Part shown: piece by piece, positions 17,600 to 26,649 of the stretch | Layout: each line of letters begins with the position of its first letter | Numbering within the stretch: the first letter of the stretch is position 1 | Assembly: GCA_012518645.1 (NCBI GenBank) | Contig: JAAYRS010000124.1 | Coordinates: forward strand, 1 to 45,784 | Length of the DNA: 45,784 nt | Source: Bacillota bacterium | Lineage (GTDB): Bacteria > Bacillota > Limnochordia > Darwinibacteriales > Darwinibacteriaceae | Reading direction: 5' to 3' | The notes under the pieces: generated by a model | The model's database searches: none | What the model was told of the DNA's origin: nothing | What the model saw: only the letters and a program-made list of their open reading frames with translations | Program-made: the position numbers and the translations under genes

Positions 17600-17744
17600 G
17601 TCCCGTAAGGCTAATTGGAAGCGGATCAAAATCATGGGCAGTGTTGCCTGTCCCAATTGCCATGAGCCCAAGCTGCCTCATCGAGTATGCCTCAATTGCG
17701 GCACCTACAAAGGCAGGCAAGTGCTGACCGTTAAAGAAAAATAA
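17559..17744 (+). CDS. rpmF: 50S ribosomal protein L32
   Basis: MAVPKRKHSKARTRSRKANW... with the zinc-ribbon form CPNC...CLNC. Confidence 0.95.
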   Translation: MAVPKRKHSKARTRSRKANWKRIKIMGSVACPNCHEPKLPHRVCLNCGTYKGRQVLTVKEK

Positions 17745-17768
17745 TCGAAGATAACTAAAGAAATTATT

Positions 17769-17798
17769 AAAAAGTGCCTCTGCGGGCACTTTTTAATT
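17769..17798 (+). terminator. intrinsic terminator after rpmF
   Basis: AAAAAGTGCC, loop, GGCACTTTTT followed by AATTTT. Confidence 0.7.
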
Positions 17799-17840
17799 TT
17801 CCTTTACTTTTCTGCCTATATCAAGTATACTCGTAATAAC

Positions 17841-17857
17841 TTAGAACCAGGTGATAA
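17841..17857 (+). promoter_or_regulatory. candidate FapR operator
   Basis: TTAGAACCAGGTGATAA is an imperfect palindrome. It resembles the B. subtilis FapR operator as I recall it (TTAGTACC-n-GGTACTAA type). It lies just downstream of a candidate promoter, TTTACT (17804-17809), 16-nt spacer, TATACT (17826-17831), and upstream of fapR. Confidence 0.4.
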
Positions 17858-17881
17858 TACTTGACCTTAAGGAGGGATTCA

Positions 17882-18451
17882 ATGAAACTAAGCCGTAAGG
17901 AAAGGCGCCAAGCGCTCCAAGAGCACCTCTCACAAGACCCTTTTCTTACCGATTCCCAATTAGCCCAAAAATTGGATGTTAGTGTAGCAACCATCCGCTT
18001 GGACCGCATGGCTTTGGATATTCCCGAATTAAGAAAACGCGCTAAAGATATTGCTTCCAGTGCCCATTTTCAGCTGCGGGCTTTACAAGGAGAAGGGATT
18101 ATTGGCGAACTGGTGGAACTTGATCTGGGCCGGCAGGCGGCCTCCGTTTTATTGGCTACGGATCAAATGGCCTTACAATCCACTGAAATTTTAAGGGGCT
18201 ACTTTCTATTTGCGCAGGGCAACTCCCTGGCGGTAGCTGTAATTGATTCTAAATTACCGTTGATCAAAAGTTCTCACGTCCGTTTTTATAAGTCCGTAAA
18301 ATCGGGCCAGCAAGTGCTGGCGACTGCCAAGATTCTTTCTGTTCAGGCTAATCGCTACACAATTAAGGTGGAAAGCTTTGTTCAAGACGAAATAGTGTTC
18401 AGTGGAGAATATATTATCGTGGATGCCGCCAACGAAGGAGGTTGGGTCTAA
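17882..18451 (+). CDS. fapR: fatty acid/phospholipid synthesis repressor FapR
   Basis: ATG after a GGAGGG SD. N-terminal HTH SRKERRQALQEHLSQDPFLTDSQLAQKLDVSVATIRLDRMAL plus a C-terminal hot-dog (thioesterase-like) domain. Located upstream of plsX. Confidence 0.85.
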   Translation: MKLSRKERRQALQEHLSQDPFLTDSQLAQKLDVSVATIRLDRMALDIPELRKRAKDIASSAHFQLRALQGEGIIGELVELDLGRQAASVLLATDQMALQSTEILRGYFLFAQGNSLAVAVIDSKLPLIKSSHVRFYKSVKSGQQVLATAKILSVQANRYTIKVESFVQDEIVFSGEYIIVDAANEGGWV

Positions 18452-18452
18452 A

Positions 18453-19439
18453 TTGACTAAAATAGCAGTAGATGCTTTTGGAGGGGATTATGCCCCGGAA
18501 CAGATTGTAGACGGTGCTTTACAAGCAGCTGCGTCTGAGGGAATTGACATAATCCTGACTGGAGATGAAAGAAAACTAAAACCTTTGCTTAACGGTAGGG
18601 CAGGCAGGGAAAAAATTGAAATTGTGCACGCCCCTGAGGTTATCCTTATGGATGAATCCCCTGTGGAGGCTGTGCGTCGAAAAAAGAATTCCTCTCTGGC
18701 GGCCGCGGCCACTTTAGTCAAAAACGGGAGGGCGGGTGCTTTGGTCAGCGCCGGAAGCACCGGAGCCACTATGGCCGCAGCCCTGTTTATAATTAAAAGG
18801 ATCAAAGGGATTGAACGGCCGGCAATTACCAGTTTAATGCCGACCTTAAAGGGTACCAAGCTAATTGTGGATGTAGGTGCTAATGTAGACTGCCGGCCTA
18901 AACAGCTTCTTCAGTTTGCTCAAATGGGTTCCGTTTATGCTGAGCAAGTTTTAAAACTTCACAGGCCCCGGGTGGGGCTGTTGAACATCGGGCATGAACC
19001 GGGCAAAGGCAACCAATTGGCTCAAGAAGTTTTTAAACTCTTAAAAGAGGCACCTTTAAATTTTGTAGGCAATATTGAGGGGCGAGATATCTCCCGGGGC
19101 GATATCGACGTGGTTGTTTGTGATGGCTTTGTAGGTAATGTGGTCATCAAATTTGCGGAAGGACTGGCTGAAGCCCTTTTTGCAATGATGAAACAAGAAT
19201 TTACCAGTAATTTGCCCGGCAAACTCGGGGCCCTGCTCCTAAAACCGGGTCTTAGACGCATAAAAAGGCAGGTTGATTATACAGAATATGGGGGGGCTCC
19301 TTTGTTAGGCGTACAGGGGGTTGTGATTATCGCCCACGGCGGGTCTAATGCTAAGGCAGTCAAAAATGCCATCCGGGCGGCGCAAGCCGGAGTAGCCCAC
19401 GGGATTGTGAAGATTATTGGGGAGCAAAGCGGCGGATAA
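18453..19439 (+). CDS. plsX: phosphate acyltransferase PlsX
   Basis: Motifs IAVDAFGGDYAP, VSAGSTGA, GFVGNVV. TTG 18453 (SD GAAGGAGG) is preferred over upstream in-frame starts that would overlap fapR. Confidence 0.85.
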   Translation: MTKIAVDAFGGDYAPEQIVDGALQAAASEGIDIILTGDERKLKPLLNGRAGREKIEIVHAPEVILMDESPVEAVRRKKNSSLAAAATLVKNGRAGALVSAGSTGATMAAALFIIKRIKGIERPAITSLMPTLKGTKLIVDVGANVDCRPKQLLQFAQMGSVYAEQVLKLHRPRVGLLNIGHEPGKGNQLAQEVFKLLKEAPLNFVGNIEGRDISRGDIDVVVCDGFVGNVVIKFAEGLAEALFAMMKQEFTSNLPGKLGALLLKPGLRRIKRQVDYTEYGGAPLLGVQGVVIIAHGGSNAKAVKNAIRAAQAGVAHGIVKIIGEQSGG

Positions 19440-19587
19440 ATTTTTCAACTTTTCCTTGCCAGGGGCCCCAGTCTATAGTAGCATGGATTTGCTTGCTGGT
19501 GTAGGATAAACATACTACTGGCTGCGGCCGCCGAGCGGCGGACCTAGCAATATAAAGGGATTATGTCGAAGAGGAGGTGATCTTGCA

Positions 19588-19833
19588 ATGAATGACTTAG
19601 ATCTTGGTATTCTGGATAGGGTAAAAACCATCATTGTTGATCAATTAGGGATTAACCGCAGGGAGGTGACCCCGGAGTCTTTGTTTGTGGAAGATCTGGG
19701 CGCAGACTCTTTGGACGTGGTTGAATTAATAATGGCCTTCGAAGAGGAGTTTGATTTAAGTATTACGGATGAAGAAGCTGAAAAAATAGCCACCGTAAAA
19801 GACGCTGTGGAATACATTCTTAACCAGAATTAA
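19588..19833 (+). CDS. acpP: acyl carrier protein
   Basis: 81 aa with the phosphopantetheine site [31 protein letters not shown]. Confidence 0.9.
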   Translation: MNDLDLGILDRVKTIIVDQLGINRREVTPESLFVEDLGADSLDVVELIMAFEEEFDLSITDEEAEKIATVKDAVEYILNQN

Positions 19834-19835
19834 AT

Positions 19836-19860
19836 AGGGCCCTGGGGGCCCTTTAAATTT
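19836..19860 (+). terminator. probable terminator after acpP
   Basis: GC-rich hairpin AGGGCC, loop, GGCCCT followed by TTAAATTT. Confidence 0.5.
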
Positions 19861-19890
19861 ACCGCCTGTTTGCCCGGGAAGGAGGTTGTT

Positions 19891-20580
19891 ATGGAAAAAC
19901 GAGAAGATTATCGTAATTTAGAAAGTGCTTTAGGCCATAGCTTTCGGGATCAACACCTTTTAATTCAGGCTTTAACTCATCGTTCCGCTTCTGAAACTGC
20001 TTTGGCCAGCAACGAACGAATGGAATTTTTGGGGGACTCTGTCTTGCAGCTGACTGTTAGTACTTACCTATATCGCAAATTTCCCCACTTTCCGGAAGGA
20101 GAATTGGCCAAAATCAGGGCCCTGCTAGTCCGGGAACAGGCTTTGGCAGAAGTTGCCCGGAAATTAAGATTAAATAAATTTCTCAAGGTCGGCCGGGGGG
20201 AACAGCGCTTACAGGCCCAAGAACTCGATTCCCTGCTTAGCGACGCTCTGGAGGCCGTTTACGGTGCAGTTTACCTCGATGGGGGTTTTTCGGCTGTAGA
20301 GGACGTGATTTTAAGCCACCTCCCCCAGTGGGATCAGCGGGAAATATTCCTGGTAGATGCAAAGACTACACTTCAGGAGCATTTTCAGCTGGTGGCCAAG
20401 AAGCCTCCCAGTTACGAAGTGGTGGCAGAAACGGGGCCGGATCATGCCAAAACATTTGTAATTCAAGTTCGTTTTGAAGAAGAAATCCTAGGAGAAGGCC
20501 GGGGGCATACAAAAAAAGAAGCAGCGCAAGAAGCTGCTCGTCAGGCTTTAGCTAAACTGGAAATTCAGGAAGGCCAATAA
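19891..20580 (+). CDS. rnc: ribonuclease III
   Basis: Signature ERMEFLGDSVLQL. C-terminal dsRBD (GPDHAKTF...GRGHTKKEAAQEAA). ATG after a GGAAGGAGG SD. Confidence 0.9.
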   Translation: MEKREDYRNLESALGHSFRDQHLLIQALTHRSASETALASNERMEFLGDSVLQLTVSTYLYRKFPHFPEGELAKIRALLVREQALAEVARKLRLNKFLKVGRGEQRLQAQELDSLLSDALEAVYGAVYLDGGFSAVEDVILSHLPQWDQREIFLVDAKTTLQEHFQLVAKKPPSYEVVAETGPDHAKTFVIQVRFEEEILGEGRGHTKKEAAQEAARQALAKLEIQEGQ

Positions 20581-21134
20581 CGAATCTGCTTCACAATTAC
20601 ACCGGTAATGGTGTAAGGAGGTTCATAATTCCGTAGGCTGCAGAAATCAAAGATCCTGCTGTTGATAACCCGGGCTAAAGCAAACCGGTTAGAGCAGTTT
20701 AAAAGAAGCCAGCTTCCCTCTTCGAAACTGCTGCCTTCCTCCACTACGAGGAGATCATTTTCAAGAAACCAGGGGGCAAATGCCGCCGTTTCAACCCTTA
20801 TTGCCAACAAACCCTTGGGGCGCCGCTGTTCAGCGAACAAAGGCCACTCTCCCAGGGGCTTTTTTTGTTTCGGGTTCCAGGAATAAAGGGGAATTTTGAT
20901 CCCGTATTTTATGTTTTCGTTTACCTCTAAAGCGAAACTGCTTTTGTAAAGTGGTTCTTCTTTTAGGACCAAACGTTTAAACTCTTTAATTCCCCCAATG
21001 TTGCTTTTTTCCAACCAATAATAAACAGATTTACTATCGGCAAATTTAAGCTCTGCAGCTATTTCGCGAACAGTAATACTGGGGTTTTCTCTAATTAGTG
21101 CTGCCATTTCTGTTAGGTAATCCGAATATTGCAC
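20565..21134 (-). CDS. HTH protein with a degenerate LexA/S24-peptidase-like C-terminal domain
   Basis: The N-terminus ITVREIAAELKFADSKSVYYWLEK is HTH-like. The C-terminus LLAIRVETAAFAPWFLENDLLVVEE...GSWLLL...FALARV aligns by eye to the S24 pattern V.GDSM.P.I..GD.vvV...G.ivv...KR. On that alignment Ser is replaced by Ala and Lys by Ala. GTG start. Its 3' end overlaps rnc convergently by 16 nt. Confidence 0.5.
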   Translation of the reverse strand: MQYSDYLTEMAALIRENPSITVREIAAELKFADSKSVYYWLEKSNIGGIKEFKRLVLKEEPLYKSSFALEVNENIKYGIKIPLYSWNPKQKKPLGEWPLFAEQRRPKGLLAIRVETAAFAPWFLENDLLVVEEGSSFEEGSWLLLNCSNRFALARVINSRIFDFCSLRNYEPPYTITGVIVKQIRYWPS

Positions 21135-21248
21135 CCCAATCCCACTTTCCTCTTAGTTCTAAACAAAGATTCAGGTTGGGCAATTCAAAAACCTTTACAT
21201 AAAGCCTGGTGTAAATCGTTATTCAGGGTCAAAGGAGGATAAATAACC

Positions 21249-21359
21249 ATGAATTATGGCTATATGGGGCGCTTGGTCCGCTGGAATAGTAATCCCCGCT
21301 GTGCATATATATGGACTAGGCTGTTATGGACAGAGGGAAGGGGGAAAATAGATGGTTGA
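21249..21359 (+). CDS. possible 36-codon upstream ORF coupled to the sigma-factor gene
   Basis: AAAGGAGG (21231-21238) lies 10 nt before ATG 21249. The peptide is MNYGYMGRLVRWNSNPRCAYIWTRLLWTEGRGKIDG. Its stop TGA (21357-21359) overlaps the sigma ATG at 21352. It is too short for the supplied ORF track and has no homology support. Confidence 0.25.
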   Translation: MNYGYMGRLVRWNSNPRCAYIWTRLLWTEGRGKIDG

Positions 21360-22041
21360 CAGCAATCAATTGCGGGACCTGGATTTAATCCGCAAAATTC
21401 GTTCCGGCCGGAAAGAAGCACGGGAACAGCTGGTGATTAAGTACATTCCCATGGTTAAGTACATTATCCGCAACTATTATTCCAGTTTCCTGGATTTTGA
21501 GGACCTCCTCCAGGAGGGATTAATCGGCTTGCTCAACGCGGTGGAGGAGTACAAGCCGGACCAATATGATGTAAAATTTAGTTCTTTTGCTTATATTTGT
21601 ATCATTCGCCGGATCTACAACATAATTAAACAGACCACCGGCAACAAACATCGTTTGCTAAACGAAGCCACCTCTCTGCAGGCACCCTTGGGAATGGACG
21701 AAAACCGGACCGTAAGCGATCTGGTTGCTGACCGGGAAAGCCAATTTGACCCGGTCGCGGTAATGGAGGAAAAGTACGTTCAAAGTGTTTTAAGTGATAT
21801 TCTCCGCAACCACCTCTCCCTTTTGGAATATGCGGTAATTGATCGCCTCCTGCGGGGTTATACCGCTTATGAAATCAGGGAAGAGATGGGTGTGGGGGCA
21901 AAGGTTGTGGATAATGCTAGAACAAGGGTTAAAACCAAATTAAAGCGCCTGGTGGAGGAGCATGGTTCCCTCTTAGATCCTCAGATACCCACCACGGTCA
22001 GGAAACGCAAAGATCTGTACTTTGATGTTTCTGGGAGATAA
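21352..22041 (+). CDS. sigma-70-family sigma factor, SigH-like paralog
   Basis: Region 2: DFEDLLQEGLIGLLNAVEEYKPDQ...FSSFAYICIIRRIYNIIKQTTGNKHRLLNEATSL, which resembles the SigH pattern ...RQKH.PLNSYVSL. Region 4 HTH: YTAYEIREEMGVGAKVVDNARTRVKTKL. SD GGAAGGGGG. Confidence 0.75.
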   Translation: MVDSNQLRDLDLIRKIRSGRKEAREQLVIKYIPMVKYIIRNYYSSFLDFEDLLQEGLIGLLNAVEEYKPDQYDVKFSSFAYICIIRRIYNIIKQTTGNKHRLLNEATSLQAPLGMDENRTVSDLVADRESQFDPVAVMEEKYVQSVLSDILRNHLSLLEYAVIDRLLRGYTAYEIREEMGVGAKVVDNARTRVKTKLKRLVEEHGSLLDPQIPTTVRKRKDLYFDVSGR

Positions 22042-22111
22042 GGGCGCGGTTCTATTTTTCTTCCGGGTATGGTACAATTAGGGCTGAAAGTACGCTGCTT
22101 GGAGGAATACT

Positions 22112-25100
22112 ATGCGCCTGAAACGCTTAGAATTGCAGGGATTTAAATCTTTCGCCCGCCCCGTGTGCCTTCAATTTGAACCCGGTATTACCGCTATTGT
22201 CGGCCCTAACGGAAGCGGTAAAAGCAATATTTACGATGCTATCCGCTGGGTATTGGGGGAACAAAGCGCCAAAAGCTTACGGGGCCAAAAGATGGAAGAC
22301 GTTATCTTTGCCGGTTCTGATGGAAAGAAGCCTTTAGGGATGGCCCAGGTAGAACTAACTTTGGACAACTCAGCTGGTTTTTTGCCCCTGGACTATTCAG
22401 AAGTAACTGTAACCCGGCGGGTCTTTCGGTCCGGTGACAGCGAATTTCTAATTAATAAACAAAATTGCCGCCTTAAAGATATCCATAATCTTTTTACCGA
22501 CACAGGTTTGGGAAGGGAAGGCTATGCCTTAATTGGACAAGGCCAAATTGAGGCGGTTTTAAGTGTGCGCTCCGAAGATAGGCGCATTCTTCTAGAAGAA
22601 ACTGCCGGGATTGTTAAATATCGGCAGCGCAAAGAAGAGGCACTCAAGAAGCTGGAAGACACGAGTGTTGACTTACTGCGGGTAACTGACATCCTTCAGG
22701 AATTACAGAAGCAATTAAAACCTTTGGGGCGCCAAGCCGAAATAGCCCGACGGTATCTGGATTTAGCTCAGCAGCTAACAGAAACGGAACTGGACTGCTA
22801 TCATCTCGCCTGGAGGCACTTGGAAGAAAAGCAGAAGCAGGGTATCGCCGCCTTTCGCCAAGCAAAACAGGAATTTGAAAAAGCGGACTCACTGCGTTTG
22901 GCCTGGGAGGAAAAGAAAAAAGGGCTGGAGGCCCTGATCTCTCAAGGTGAGGCTGAGCTGGAAGAGAGGCAGGAATTGCAGTTTCAGTTAGCTGAAGAAT
23001 ATAACTCAGGCCTGAATATAATCCAATTGAACCAAGAACGCCTGAAAAATAACGATGTTCGCCGCCGAGAGCTGGAGCGGGTGCTGGCGGAAAAAGATAA
23101 GGAACTTAAGGCGGCCCGTGCGGAAAGTGCCCGGTTGGAAGCTCAGTTAGACCAAGTCGCTCAGCTCCTTTCCTGGGGGGAAAAGGATATTCGCGCTAGG
23201 GAGAAGAACTTGGAAGAATTGCGCCGGCAGTACAAAGAAGGTCAGGAGCAAATTGATAATCTAAAAAACGAGTTTTTTGAGTTTATGCGTGAACTTTCTG
23301 AAAGCCGAAATTACCGGCGTGATTTTAACCAGCGCAGAGAAATGCTTGAGAGGCAGATCTTCGCCTTAGAGAAGGAAAACAAAGAGATCAGCGGGAAAAT
23401 TAAAGAACTGCTCCCCCTGCAAACAGCGGCGGAGGAAGGTGCTCAAGCCGAAAAGGCCGGCCTGGCCCAAGGACGGGAAAGACAAGCTGAACTCAAGCAA
23501 AAAATGGAGACAACTTGGGAATTACTGGAGCAAAACAGGAAGGAAACAAGAAGGCTCGAAGCCAATCAGGCTCAACTTGAAGCCCGCTTAAGGACTTTAG
23601 AGGAGTTAGAGATCGGTTACGAAGGTTATGGGCAGGGTGTCCGCAGAATTATGCAGAAGGAAGAGTTGCGCCCCTTGATCTTAGGAACCGTGGCCGAAGT
23701 AATTAAGGTTCCCCGGGGTTTAGAAACAGCTTTTGAAGTCGCTTTAGGCCCCGCCCTGCAAAATATTATTACCGCTAGCGAAAAAGAGGCAAAAGCATTG
23801 ATTAAATGGCTGCAATCGGCCCAAGCGGGACGGGTTACTTTTTTACCCTTGGCAAGTATGAAAGGAAGGGGATTTCCGGCCGCGGCCCGTAAACTTTTGG
23901 ACCGCCCCGGAGTTTTGGGAACCGGGGCTCAACTGCTGCAATTCGAAGAGAAATACGATGCTGTTTTAAAGTCCCTTTTGGGAAGGGTTGTAATTACAGA
24001 GGATATCGAGGTGGCCTTGGATTTACGAAAGCGCCTTTTTCAATTCACAAAAATTGTAACCCGGGACGGCTCTTTGCTCTTCCCGGGAGGTGCTATGACA
24101 GGAGGCAGCTTAAATAAAGCTTACGGCCTTTTAAACCGTAAAGCGGAAATTTCTAAATTAAAAAAAGATCTTACCGTTTTAGAAGATCAAATCAGGACGA
24201 AGCGGAGAACAAGAACCGGTCTTGAAAGTAAATTTGCCGAAGATCAAAGGCTTCTGGCCCAACTGGAAGAAAGCTTGGTTTCTAATCGGCTTAAACTGGA
24301 AAGCCTCAATCAAAAGGGGATTCAAATCCAAAGAGAACTTGCCCATTGGAAAGCTGTTTTAGAGGAAAATGAAAAGAAAAAAAGAGAATCCCAAGCCGTT
24401 TTCAATTCCCTGGAAGCTGAGGAGGAAGAGGCCGCCACCACGGTTTTGGAGTTGGAATCAAGGGAGGACACTTTTCGTCAAACCATCTCCGAAGCAGAAG
24501 CAAGTTCGCTCGCTTTAAACGGAAAGCTGAAACAGCGGGAGCAAGAGCTTACTGCGGCACAAATCAAGCAGGCCGAATTAAAAGGACAATGGGAGAATAT
24601 TCGCACCAAGATCCAAAATCAAGCCCGCAGGGAGGCGGATGGTAAACGTGATTACGAAAAGGCCTGCTCAGAGCAGAAAACACTGGCGGCTGAGCAAGTT
24701 AATTTTCATCAGGTTATCTCCCGGACAGAACAGGCGAATTTATCTCGGAAGCAAAAAAGGGCTGATTTGGAGGAGCAAATCAAACAATTGCGCCAAAAGC
24801 ACCAAGAGGCAAAAAGGGATTTAGTAGATGTTAACGAACACTTAATACAAAACCAGAAAGAACAATCCCAAAAGGAACGTCTTTTATATAAATGGGAAAC
24901 GGAATTAGAACACTTAAAGTTAGAACGTCAGAGAATCCTGGAGTCTTTAAATGAGCGCGGAGTGCTTCTGGCCGCCGTTGTTAACCGTTCAGTTACCCGG
25001 CAAAAAGAGGCTTTAAAAACTGCCAGGGACAAACTGCGCCGCAGAATCCGTGCTTTGGGCTCCGTTAATCCGGGAGCAGCCGATGAATACGAGCGGGTTA

Positions 25101-25648
25101 AAAGCAGGTGTTCTTTCTTGGAGGCCCAGCTTACCGATTTGAATAAGGCCAGGCAGAGTTTACAGGATGTGATCAACAAAATGGACAAGCTTTGCCGGGT
25201 TCAACTCCGGGAAACTTTCCACAAGGTGCAGGTTGAATTCCAAAAACTCTTCCAGAAACTTTTTTCAGGGGGCAAAGCTAATTTGATTTTAACCGATTCC
25301 GAATCGATTTTAACCTCCGGGATTGACATTTTAGCACAGCCGCCGGGAAAAAAACTACAAAATTTGTTGCTGTTCTCCGGGGGGGAAAGAGCGTTAACGG
25401 CCATAGCACTCCTCTTTGCCATTCGCAGGGTTAAACCAACACCTTTTTGTGTCCTAGATGAAATAGATGCCACTCTTGATGATCATAATTTAGTGCGGTT
25501 TACCCGCTTAATGGAGGAGTTTACCGAAAACACGCAATTCGTAGTAATTACGCACCGGCCGGGAACAATGGAGGTAGCCCATAGTTTATATGGTGTGACT
25601 ATGGGTCCCGATGCGGTTTCTCAAATTGTTTCCGTGGCCTTAAAATAA
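22112..25648 (+). CDS. smc: chromosome segregation protein SMC
   Basis: 1178 aa. Walker A GPNGSGKSNI, long coiled coils flanking a hinge, signature FSGGERALTAIAL, Walker B LDEIDATLD. Confidence 0.95.
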   Translation: MRLKRLELQGFKSFARPVCLQFEPGITAIVGPNGSGKSNIYDAIRWVLGEQSAKSLRGQKMEDVIFAGSDGKKPLGMAQVELTLDNSAGFLPLDYSEVTVTRRVFRSGDSEFLINKQNCRLKDIHNLFTDTGLGREGYALIGQGQIEAVLSVRSEDRRILLEETAGIVKYRQRKEEALKKLEDTSVDLLRVTDILQELQKQLKPLGRQAEIARRYLDLAQQLTETELDCYHLAWRHLEEKQKQGIAAFRQAKQEFEKADSLRLAWEEKKKGLEALISQGEAELEERQELQFQLAEEYNSGLNIIQLNQERLKNNDVRRRELERVLAEKDKELKAARAESARLEAQLDQVAQLLSWGEKDIRAREKNLEELRRQYKEGQEQIDNLKNEFFEFMRELSESRNYRRDFNQRREMLERQIFALEKENKEISGKIKELLPLQTAAEEGAQAEKAGLAQGRERQAELKQKMETTWELLEQNRKETRRLEANQAQLEARLRTLEELEIGYEGYGQGVRRIMQKEELRPLILGTVAEVIKVPRGLETAFEVALGPALQNIITASEKEAKALIKWLQSAQAGRVTFLPLASMKGRGFPAAARKLLDRPGVLGTGAQLLQFEEKYDAVLKSLLGRVVITEDIEVALDLRKRLFQFTKIVTRDGSLLFPGGAMTGGSLNKAYGLLNRKAEISKLKKDLTVLEDQIRTKRRTRTGLESKFAEDQRLLAQLEESLVSNRLKLESLNQKGIQIQRELAHWKAVLEENEKKKRESQAVFNSLEAEEEEAATTVLELESREDTFRQTISEAEASSLALNGKLKQREQELTAAQIKQAELKGQWENIRTKIQNQARREADGKRDYEKACSEQKTLAAEQVNFHQVISRTEQANLSRKQKRADLEEQIKQLRQKHQEAKRDLVDVNEHLIQNQKEQSQKERLLYKWETELEHLKLERQRILESLNERGVLLAAVVNRSVTRQKEALKTARDKLRRRIRALGSVNPGAADEYERVKSRCSFLEAQLTDLNKARQSLQDVINKMDKLCRVQLRETFHKVQVEFQKLFQKLFSGGKANLILTDSESILTSGIDILAQPPGKKLQNLLLFSGGERALTAIALLFAIRRVKPTPFCVLDEIDATLDDHNLVRFTRLMEEFTENTQFVVITHRPGTMEVAHSLYGVTMGPDAVSQIVSVALK

Positions 25649-25662
25649 AGGAGGTTTTGGTT

Positions 25663-26649
25663 TTGGTTTGGAAGAGGATGTTTGGGGCGAAATCTTCCCC
25701 AGAGGATCTGGAGCGGGAAAAGAAAGGGCTTTTGCAAAAACTTCGGCTCGGTTTGGAAAAGACAAAACAAGGTTTTATTCAAAAGGTAGATGATCTTACC
25801 TCAGGACGCAGGGTGGACGAAAATCTTTTCCAAGAACTGGAGGAAGTTTTAATCCAGGGAGATTGCGGTGTGAACACTGCGCTTTATTTGGTGGAACAAT
25901 TGCGGGCCCGCTCCCGGGAAGAAAAAGTTACCGATGCTTCCCAGCTTAAAAAGATGTTGGCGGAAGAAATGGTTAGGCTTTTGGAAAGAAAACCCACTGA
26001 TCTTAAGATGCCTACAGAGAAGCCCTACGTAATTATGATGGTAGGCGTTAACGGGGTTGGGAAAACAACAACAATAGCCAAGTTAGCTCACCGCTTCAAG
26101 CAGGAAAAGGCAAAAGTTATTTTAGCCGCCGGCGATACTTTTCGAGCCGGTGCCGTAGAGCAGTTGGAGGTGTGGGCCAATCGCATTGGGGTGGAATTAG
26201 TTGCCCATCAAGCTGGCTCTGACCCGGCCGCGGTCGCTTTTGATGCGGTTAATGCTGCTAAAGCCAGAGATTCTGATGTCCTCATCTTAGATACCGCCGG
26301 GCGGCTGCAAACCAAAGTCAACCTTATGACCGAATTAGGTAAAGTACAAAGAGTTGTGGCTAGGGAACTGGGCCGCGACCTTGATGAGATTTTGCTGGTC
26401 GTGGATGCCGGCACCGGCCAAAATGCACTATCGCAGGGGAAGCTGTTTCAAGAGGCGGTCTCCCTTACCGGGGTCGCTTTGACTAAATTGGACGGCACTG
26501 CTAAAGGCGGCATTGTTTTAGCGTTAGCTAATGAATTGGATTTAGCGGTCAAATTGGTGGGAGTGGGTGAACAATACGATGATCTTCAAGATTTTGATCC
26601 TGAAGCCTTTGTCCAGGCTCTTTTTGCCCCTCTTAACAGAAGTGGGTGA
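25663..26649 (+). CDS. ftsY: signal recognition particle receptor FtsY
   Basis: NG domain motifs GVNGVGKTTTIAKLA, DTAGRL, TKLDGTAKGG. Start is ambiguous among TTG 25657, TTG 25663 and ATG 25678; 25663 gives the best spacing from AGGAGG. Confidence 0.9.
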   Translation: MVWKRMFGAKSSPEDLEREKKGLLQKLRLGLEKTKQGFIQKVDDLTSGRRVDENLFQELEEVLIQGDCGVNTALYLVEQLRARSREEKVTDASQLKKMLAEEMVRLLERKPTDLKMPTEKPYVIMMVGVNGVGKTTTIAKLAHRFKQEKAKVILAAGDTFRAGAVEQLEVWANRIGVELVAHQAGSDPAAVAFDAVNAAKARDSDVLILDTAGRLQTKVNLMTELGKVQRVVARELGRDLDEILLVVDAGTGQNALSQGKLFQEAVSLTGVALTKLDGTAKGGIVLALANELDLAVKLVGVGEQYDDLQDFDPEAFVQALFAPLNRSG

